A stretch of DNA of 26,097 nucleotides. Origin: Azolla caroliniana (taxonomy: Eukaryota > Plantae > Polypodiophyta). The DNA is taken from NCBI GenBank assembly GCA_043228905.1, contig JBHGNT010000432.1, positions 1 through 26,097 of the forward strand, given 5' to 3'. The notes beneath the pieces were generated by a model that saw only the letters and a program-made list of their open reading frames with translations, searched no databases and was not told the origin of the DNA. Shown one piece after another: positions 17,809 through 26,097 of this stretch (the stretch's first letter is position 1; each line of letters starts with the position of its first letter). Both the position numbers and the translations under genes were made by a program.

Positions 17809-20626
17809 TATGAAGTAAGAGTCAAGATCGATGAACGTAATTTCATAACTGACTCCTACCACCCTAAAGCCCTAAAAAAGGATGTTCAGTCAAAACACAA
17901 CTTGATTATTGCTTTGCGCCCGTACATTAAGGGAGAGCTGATGGTCACGCAAGCAACAACCCCACCAATATTTGCTAAGAAGTCCAAACCGGAACATAAG
18001 AAGTACAAGAAAAGGCAACAACCAGAAGAGGACGAGCCGAAGGTCCTCGAGTTCGTAGAAAATGAGGAGGAAGAAGCTAAGCTTGAAGTAATTTCTTCCA
18101 GGGGGCGACATTTCATCGGGATACTCATCTCGGAGCAGAATCGGATCAGATAAAATATTGTAAAGACAAAGCTTGTCCGTAAAGGACAATTATTTCACTT
18201 ACCAATCTGCTCTATTCAACGGCCACCCATTGATTTGGAGACAAAAGGACGGGCTCTAAAAGTTAGAGAGCCACATTTAGTGCATGTGCAGAACTTAAAA
18301 AGCAAAATGAAGATTAATCCACATGCGACTGTAGTGCCATTCTTAGTAATGGTCGACCTAGATCAATGCTCTACTGTTGCTGACTTCAAGTACAATTTGG
18401 CAGATGACTACACCTACTATGTGATTGAAGGATCCCACTCTGCTGAAGCCCGATGTCAACTGGTCAAGGAGTATACTCTTACCCCTTTCTTCAAGTATGC
18501 CGAATGTAGTGTGTAATGCATGCCTTACACATGAAGAAGCCAAGTTGTTAGCTTGGGATCATAACAAAGATAATGAATATAGACAAAATATTTCATGTAT
18601 CGAGCGCATCAGGTTCTTCCATCACGAGTACCTTGATGCGTTGAAAAGATTGGTCCTCGGCTGCATCCTCGATTGCGACGACAATGTCTACTTGAAGTGG
18701 GGATAGCAGTTGACGAAAGCACCAAGTTTGAAGGCCTGAGAAAATATGACTCATGGTTTCAACTTGCCTTTAGAACAGGGGAGGTGTGGAACCTCCAAGA
18801 TCGCATTTTTAGTATGTGGGAGCGTAAAGAAATAAAGGGTCAAAAATCAAAGAAGGCTAAGCTCAACACACAAGTGGAGATGAAATCTAAGTCACATAAA
18901 AGTGACTTAGTAATTGAAGAGTTAGCCGAACATATGAAGTTACTTCCTTGGCGGTCACTGCAAGGAATTAAGGATGATAGATTATTGATATTTGTATTAT
19001 CAAGAGTGGCCGCCAAGGAGTTTAGCCTTGACAAAATGGTCACAGAGTTTCAAAAGTGAGTCATCTATGTGCATGTATCATTTTGATTTGCTTGCTTTGT
19101 TGATTTGTTCTGTATTCGAATTTTAGTTTCTTTTGTTTTTTAGCCATAAGGTGTATATGAAGATTCAAGAGCTGATGATGAAAAAATTGTCCCTACCTAC
19201 GTGGGTAGAAGTGGAGCAATCTTGCCCAAAAACATCATCTTACAAGGCTCCTGAAGAATTCTTTATCGTGTTTAGAGAATGGGTATGTATGTTCTACAAA
19301 TATTAATTGATTTTTGGATAGTGGGTTTCTTCTTACAAAATTTATAATTGCAGAAACCACCTCGTTCAAAGAAGAATAGTCATAACAATGAAGTCATACC
19401 TAACGCCTTCATCACCCATTTGGAACAAGCTAAATACAAGAAACAGATGACAAAAGGAAAGGAGCTCAAGGTGCTTGAGGACTCACATACCGTAAAAAGC
19501 TTTTTGCATTAGAGTGATCATTTCTGACAATTGTATTATAGTGTATATAATGGTGATGTGGGTAATATGCTTGACATATTACCCAAGAGACATTATACAT
19601 TGCTCATGGCGGATATGCCGTATGGCTTCAGAATATCAAGCTCGATAGACGATGATGCGCCATACAAATATCCGCAAATAGAGAAGATGGTTAAGGACTT
19701 TGCAAAGTTGACCTTGGCACCATTATGACGTATTGTTATATTTCATAGTATGGGTCAAACGTTATCGGTCACGACTGCATTGAAGTCGAGATGCCATGCC
19801 ACCGAACATATGCATTGGTAAGCATTATGTTACTATATGTTTAATGTATGGATTCTATGTTGCTTACTACATATTTATTAACTTGTTTTGATTCAATTAT
19901 ACAATAGGGTTAAAATGAACATAACTCGTACCTTGGGTGATCGAATGGTGAGCGCTGTGGAGCACATGTTCGTGGGCTACTATGATGCAATTTCTAAGAA
20001 GAAGGCTCGGCCACATGTTAATGAGCGGAACGTTGTCAACTATGTCATGTGCCTAGATGTAACGAAGAAATTGCACCACGTGTCTACCGATAAGAGTTTA
20101 GTAAACCCTTATCAAAAGCCCCAACGATTGATTAATGGATTGGTCGAGTTGTTCTCGAACCCTGATGATTGGGCTCTTGACTTATTTTCTGGAACAACTA
20201 ATCTCATAAGTTTCATCAATTTTTTTAAAAATGAAATATTATTTCTTGTCTTGTTTTCTTATTTTTGTTTGTGTGATTGTTTATTTACGAACGACGACTG
20301 CATGTGCTCTTAAACTGTTCAGGAACTGCGTCACATTAGAAACGGACCCCGACCAAGTCAATTTTATTAAGATGAAGATCCAAGGCATGTGGGATTGTCT
20401 TGACTAGCACCAAGAGGTTGGGGCAAAGCATATCAATGAAACAGAGATGTTTTAGATGGCCTCTAGAGAGCCGATGGAACTTATAGACGAGGAAGGACGC
20501 GACCTTGAAGATGCACTGGGTTTTGATCATATACAAGATTCAGCTAAGGAGACAAGACATGTTGATGCAGCACCACTGTCAGCTGATCTTGGAGAGCAAC
20601 ATGTTCCAGACCTCCTAATGGAGTGA
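17809..20626 (+). pseudogene. Five-exon pseudogene: ParB/Srx-like domain fused to a beta-class DNA N6-adenine/N4-cytosine methyltransferase (5'-truncated, about 825 codons)
   Basis: Exons ~17809-19055, 19144-19282, 19354-19817, 19908-20197 and 20289-20626. Three canonical GT-AG introns keep frame; the fourth has decayed ends. ParB-like: VREP..HVQNLKSKM..VPFLVMV..YYVIEGSHSAEAR..EEAKLLAWDHN. MTase: YNGD..L..LP...LLMADMPYG, W-VK-N, NPYQKPQRL...SNPDDWALDLFSGT(G)TT.ACALKL.RNCVTLETD. Up to six in-frame stops and two compensating frameshifts. Confidence 0.8.
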
Positions 20627-21772
20627 TTGTATATTAGTTTGTGTTTGTAACCATAGTACATAAAATTCGTGTTCGTCTAGTATAACATTCGTTTTCCTAC
20701 GTTGGAAAATGAATGCGAATGTTATCCAAACATTCTTGTGTTTTTTTCCCATTTTTTTAATGTTTTTTTTTGTTTTTTTCCCCATTTTTAGGCTTATCTA
20801 CCTCATAATAAATAGTTAATCCAAAAGTATGGTATTTATCATTCTTTGAGGGTGTTTTTCTTTCGCGAATGGTTCAATCATTCGCGAATGCGAATGCACG
20901 GATGGTAACGTATGGTTCATACTATGTTTGTAACTATACAATTGTAACACTAAACTTGTTTTGGAATATAAGATTATTTTGTTTTGAGTACCATTCCTTT
21001 ACACTATGTGATTCGTTTGCAAACTTTAATTGTCTATCATATATTTGTATTGGTTGACTCGTGAAGTATGTGGTTGTTAAGTATAATTTTTATTGAATAG
21101 ATGATGGTGAACTTATCGATTGTATGACAAATATTGGATATTATTGTTTCTTTATTAATATAATTGAATTTAACTTTAGTCTAGGATTTCTGAGCTCTTT
21201 AATTTTTGAGTGTATAGAATAATATTAAGTCAACGTTGTTGCTCGATCTTACATTTAGTTGTTCATATATGATTGGGATATAATGTTCGTAGACGTTTTT
21301 GGGCATGTGAGGTATATAATGTGATATTCACTTGTGAATATGTGTCTAATTATACCCAAAAATGCAATTTGCTCATTTAATATAACAAGCTTTATAGGAG
21401 TTAGAGAGAAATATAGCATTAAAATTGTGTTTGTAAAATTGTTCAATTGGATTCAAATTCAACATTATATAAAATGAAGCATATTACAATGATAGTTGAA
21501 AGCATTCTCGTAATCCAAGCGAATGTCTGGCTAAATGTGTATGAATTGAGAAAATACATGTTATTTGAAATCTTGATAATATTAACTGTGTTTTTTATTA
21601 ATGTTTTTTTAAAAGTCATGTGCGGATGCGTGATACATTCTTAAAAGTTTGTTAACAAATTGTAATGCTTGACGTCTCATGTATTTATCAATAAAGGAAT
21701 GAGACATATTACATGTTCTAAATGACTCGGTGTTATAAGTCGAGTGGGATTAGTGGATATACTAAACCATGC

Positions 21773-22191
21773 GCTCTAATACCATGTAAATAATTAGCTA
21801 GAGTAATTTTGTTATGCGGAATAGATTAGAGATGTGTGTTATGTGTGTGTGAAAGAGGAGAGAAAAGACACAAGATAGATAGGAAAATAAAAAGGCTCAA
21901 ATGTATATTAACAAGGAGTAAGAAATACAATAGAAAACAACCAAATTACAAAGGAAGGAGGGAGATGCTTTATATAAAGTCACCCACTCTCTTCATTAAA
22001 ATGCCTACTCTCTCTCACACAACTATAGAAGCTCATGTGTCATGGGGAGTGTGGAAACTCATTAGTTATGTGTCATAAAATATGATTCTATGGCACATAG
22101 TTAATGTGTAGAACGTAGTGGTAACCTTCAACTTTTTAGTGTACAAAGGTGTGTTCACACACTAGACTTAGGTTGTGTTTGATTCTCAACA
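21773..22191 (-). mobile_element. 5' LTR (21785-22191) plus iMet PBS of a truncated element, same family as the solo LTR at 698
   Basis: Minus strand begins TGTTGAGAATCAA..GTCTAGTGTGTGAAC as at 698 and ends TTTACA; PBS TGGTATTAGAGC at 21784-21773. Confidence 0.8.
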
Positions 22192-22369
22192 ATGGAAATC
22201 TCTAGAATGGAAATGATAAAACACGGGTGGAACCCCATAGTTTGCAAGAAATGGGGAAACCCTAGTTGAAGCATAGATACTATTATTGTAGGCAAATTTT
22301 GCCATCGTAAGTCAACCCAATCGTCTTGTTGGCAGCTTACAGTAAACCAAAGGTATTGTTCGAGACCAT
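22192..22369 (-). pseudogene. Fragment of a chromovirus-type Ty3/Gypsy integrase
   Basis: LEQYL...VSCQQDDWVDL / MAKFAYNNSIYASTRVSPFLANYG.HP, the conserved segment after the catalytic Glu. Confidence 0.8.
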
Positions 22370-24720
22370 TGTTGTGAGGATTTTCGGCTATGGTGAGAAA
22401 ATTGAGTGGGACGAATAAAACTGAGATGTGCAACATCACATGCACTTAATAAATTTGTAAATAGGAATAAGAAAAACAATGTAATGGTAAAATGTAAGGT
22501 GCTAAAAGTGCACTACGATGTTTGTGAAGTACAAATGTGATGTGCAGTTACGTACACATGCACATGTAAACTAAGGGGTGCATGGGAGTAAGGGTGTAAT
22601 AAGTAGAGGGCATGGTGGTGTGTGTGAAAATGAGAGGAGATGGAGTTAAGGCCCCATCAATCTCTCCTCCGAAGATCAAGACAAATATTCCTTTTTGAAA
22701 AGAGTGGAATATTTGGCCTCTTCTTTTGTAATAAGCTCACCCCTTTTCCACTATAAACAGGGGTGAAGAGGCACCATTGAGGGGGTCGCCATTTTGTCGT
22801 TAGAGGTAGATAGTTAGGGTATTTCTTCTTCATCTTATCCCTATTTCGTTGTAGGGTGTTCGTTTGGTCATCATGGTAGTAGTTAGGAAATTTTAGGGTT
22901 TCCTTCTCTCTCTCTCTTTAGTCATTATCATTTCTTCTAGTTGTGCTTGGGTCCGGCCTAATTGGCCGTGGTTGTAATCATATTGTGGCATCATGCCTTA
23001 TAATGGAATTAGTTTCATAAACCTTGGATCGTCTAGTTCTTTATTGTGCTAATCTTTCGTACATTGCTCCTACCCTTTTGAGCTCAAAGGCCGTAAGGGA
23101 TAAGCTTTCACTTCCCCTTTTACTCCCTAGTCCAAAACCCCCGTGGTCCTGCCTTATCCGAGACACACACGTGGATTTCCGCAACATCTTTGGTGAACTC
23201 GATGTGAAGGGGCGGCAAGTGAAGATGATGATGGAGGAAGGATTCGAGGAGATGATGTTGAGTATGATCATGAAGTTTTCAAAGGACGATGCAACGAGGC
23301 TAAAGTATTTTTTTCGAGTGGTGGCCATATCAATACATGAAGAGGTTAGAGAGCTTCAAGAAGCTCACGAGTTGTGAGTGTCCTACGAAGAGGCTCTATT
23401 GGAGGCATACGGTTACGAAAAACCGAAGGGACGAGGTCGGCGTGAGTCCGACCAATGGGTAGCATCGGTGAAGACCCATCAGAGCGCAATGCAAGCATTC
23501 CAAGAGTTCGAGCATCATTTTGCTCAACTCTGGGAGCGGGATCGAAGATTGGTGGGGGTGGATAAGGTCCTATTATTTTTGAAGTCGGTTGATCGAAAAG
23601 AAAGAATGGCCATTTTACTTGAACTCAAAGACGATAATGGAGCAAATGGCCTCACTAAGGATTGGACCGAAGTAAAGAGTGCATGCCGGCGACATGATGA
23701 GAAGCATACGAGGACATTGTCATCCACAATACGGCCCACGAGCGGCGGTCAAAAGAGGGTTGCAAATGACAATGCACTACCATTGAAGGTGGAGAGATCA
23801 TCGCGGAAGGGTTCGGTGGCGCGCGACATCTAGAAGCATTGATAAGGGAGGCGTACGAGATTGTGAAGATGCGGGTCGACGCTGAAGAGGGGTTTGTTAT
23901 GGAGTCGGGCTCCAGAGGACCGGATGACGAGGAAGAAGTCGCCTCCTTGGGGACGAAGGATGGGGCCTATGCGGAGGCCGAAGGTCGGTACCACGGTACC
24001 ACGAGAGAGGATGTGGAGCAAACCACCCTCTTGTCTTGCAGAGAGATGATGGCCAAGGATAAGGATGGGAATTACGAAGCGATGAATGTTGCTTCGGGTG
24101 TAGATGGATGTTTCGGGACACGATTGTTCGGAACATCTAGCGGAGGAGATGCAAGCATAGTCAAAGCTTGCATGATCAGGGACAATGGAGAGGAAGAGAT
24201 AGCCACAGACAACGACATCCAAACAGAGGTGGCTATGGACAAGTTGGCGGTGATTGATGGTGCCGAGATTTCTCCACAACGGTTCTAGAGACTTCGTCGG
24301 TTGTGCTCGAGAGCCAACGTGAGACCAAAGAGACGGAAGGTGGCAGCAGGAAAGCGGAGGACCGAGACGACAACAAGGATAATGAGGTAATTGGTAGCAG
24401 ACGAAGTCGGGATCCCTCGACACCGATTCCAGAGACTTCGGCAGTTGTGCCCAATTGCCAACATGAGACCGGAGAGATGGGAGGTGGCCGCGAGGAGACA
24501 TGGCTTGAGGCCAACATAAACATAGGGAATGAGGTGGCCGGTGAGGAGGCAAAGGGAAAGGCCGTGGTGGAGTTCGATGGAGAGGCCGGAAGCGGCAAAG
24601 AAGGAGGAGTCGGGAATCGATCCGACCGGAAGTTGATCCGAGTTGAAAGGAAGATGATCTGAACGGGAGCCAATTGACCGGGCCCGAGCCGAAAGGGGGC
24701 CGAATCGGTCGAGCCCGACC
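22370..24720 (+). mobile_element. Gypsy E: decayed, truncated relative of Gypsy C (5' LTR, Trp PBS, gag remnant)
   Basis: LTR 22370-23186 (TGTTGTGAGGATTTTCGGC...CGCAACA), with a start similar to Gypsy C; PBS TGGTGAACTCGATGTGAA 23191-23208 (two C>T changes); gag remnant DKVLLFLKSVD.KER....LKDDNGANGLTKDW matches Gypsy C DKTLYFLKAVD.KDR....LEDDTQANGLVVDW; no pol seen. Confidence 0.85.
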
Positions 24721-25142
24721 TGTAGGAATTTAAAGTACTATCTAACAAAGGATAACAAGTTGATACATATGACTTGAGATTATGAAGAAAGAGAGGTTAC
24801 ATGTATTCATGGTAGATGGTACATTTTATAGGCAATAGAGATCATAGGGAAGTTTGTAATGGGAATGTTCATTGTGATCAAAACTCACATGAATGTAACC
24901 TTGTAACTAAAAGTTATGTCAACAAAAGTCACGTTAATAGGTGGTTACATTAGTTATTCTTATTTCTTTATTTATGATATACTTGTTATTTATAATAACG
25001 TCTTATTTCTAATATTAATATTCTAACACCCCCCTTAATGTAAGCAACCTATTTATTTGGTTTCTCTAATTTGAGTCCTATCTTCGAACAACATATCCAA
25101 TGCTTTTGTTGGGGTACGGATTTAGTGAGGAAATCATCCATC
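24721..25142 (-). mobile_element. 3' end of a Copia element: RNase H tail, PPT and 3' LTR
   Basis: Minus strand: DFLTKSVPQQKHWICCSKIGL (Copia ADxLTK tail), PPT TTAAGGGGGG (25038-25029), LTR TGTTAGAAT (25028) to TCCTACA (24721). Confidence 0.8.
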
Positions 25143-25189
25143 CCCCGGTTGTCCTCTGCACTTTGCAGGAATCGTGGTCGCCAAAATAG

Positions 25190-25579
25190 TGTTGTCTGTC
25201 TGGCCGGACTAGCCTCAACACAGGTGTCTATCCGACACTTCTCCAAAGGGGTGGTAAGGATTGGATGCTAGGTTACACGCATAAGATGATTACAATTAAG
25301 CACAGACGGTAAACAATACGAGATACAGATAAATACGCAATAATTACTATTGTATTACTTCCGTCAAAAAACTTTACAAATCATCGGATCCTTTTATAGG
25401 CATCCGGCAAGGTTACAATCGGTGCGCTTAGGCAACCGACATCCGAATCGGTTCGGATCCGGATCGGTACAACTGTACCGAATCCGTCCCTCCTAATAAT
25501 AATTCTACTATTATTTACTTCCTATTATCCGATCCGATTCCGCCTTCCCACTTGTCCTTGCTCTTCTGACCGGCCAACA
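25190..25579 (-). mobile_element. LTR (390 bp) of a probable Gypsy element, bracketed by tRNA-complementary sites
   Basis: TGTTG...CAACA ends; minus-strand CCTATAAAAGG at about 25390-25400 suggests minus orientation; TGGCGACCACGAT on minus at 25183-25171 and TGGCACGCCCGTGGGA on plus at 25582-25597. Confidence 0.65.
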
Positions 25580-25629
25580 CATGGCACGCCCGTGGGAAAG
25601 TGCCTTGCACTTCGAATCCACTCCCGGCC

Positions 25630-26097
25630 TCAGTCTTCCTCCAAAATATCGAGCACACTTTGCTCGATAGTGTCAAGTGGTGCTTCTTCCTCCTGTTCCT
25701 GTTCCTTGCCTGCCTGGTCTCCGACCTCCTGTTGGGTAGGCTTTTCCGTAAAATTTGCTGCTCCGGCTCTGCTTGATTCTGTGGTGCCGGTGCTTCCTCA
25801 CCGCTTCGTCCGGGTTCTTCCTATTCTCCCTCCGTTCCTGGCTCTGTTCTGTTACCGGTGTCACTTTCTCCGGTCTCGACTGGTCGACTCGATATGCCTC
25901 CTTCCTCTGCTCTGGTGTCTTCCGGTCTCAGCTCTTCTTCTTCTCCGGCATCGGTCTGCTCCTGCTCTTCTTCAAGTTCGTCTTCGGGTATTCCTCGTCG
26001 GGGTTGTTCGGTGTCGGTTGGTTCATCTTCAGCCGGTCGCTCTCCCTCACTTATCGTGATTGGCGTCGTTCTTCCCTTAGCTTCCTGTCGTAACCGG
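25630..26097 (-). pseudogene. Acidic low-complexity ORF tail, probably retroelement-encoded; runs off the window
   Basis: Purine-rich minus strand reads ...EDELEEEQEQTDAGEEEELRPED... and ...EQEQEEEAPLDTIEQSVLDILEED* (TGA at 25632-25630), with a stop and a frameshift. Confidence 0.45.

Noticed and set aside
17231-17835. GATGAA at 17231-17236 and 17830-17835 as a TSD around the LTR fragment
   Set aside because: Copia A coding sequence does not resume after 17835; that sequence belongs to the ParB-MTase frame.
25592-26093. Hydrophobic plus-strand ORFs as membrane or env-like proteins
   Set aside because: They are the Leu/Phe/Ser-rich antisense shadow of a purine-rich acidic ORF on the minus strand.

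Overview
Eukaryotic land-plant nuclear DNA; the TE families and the 2S protein style suggest a fern or other non-flowering plant (inference only). There is one apparently intact host gene: an intronless, secreted 2S-albumin-type storage protein (3526-4296) with an RY/G-box/TATA promoter. Almost everything else is nested transposon sequence: a solo LTR, a hAT MITE, LINE remnants and a decayed Copia. That Copia carries an internally deleted Copia in its LTR and a young full-length tRNA-Trp-primed Ty3/Gypsy (8668-16423) in its gag. Further truncated LTR elements fill the right end. The most unusual item is a decayed, intron-containing gene at about 17809-20626 that reconstructs to a ParB/Srx-like domain fused to a prokaryotic-type beta-class DNA amino (N6-adenine/N4-cytosine) methyltransferase. 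Other notable signals are a -1 frameshift site with a predicted pseudoknot between protease and RT, a tRNA-like Pol III module and an RY cluster inside the Gypsy LTRs, and an LTR with tRNA-complementary sites on both sides. All calls were made by eye, without database searches.
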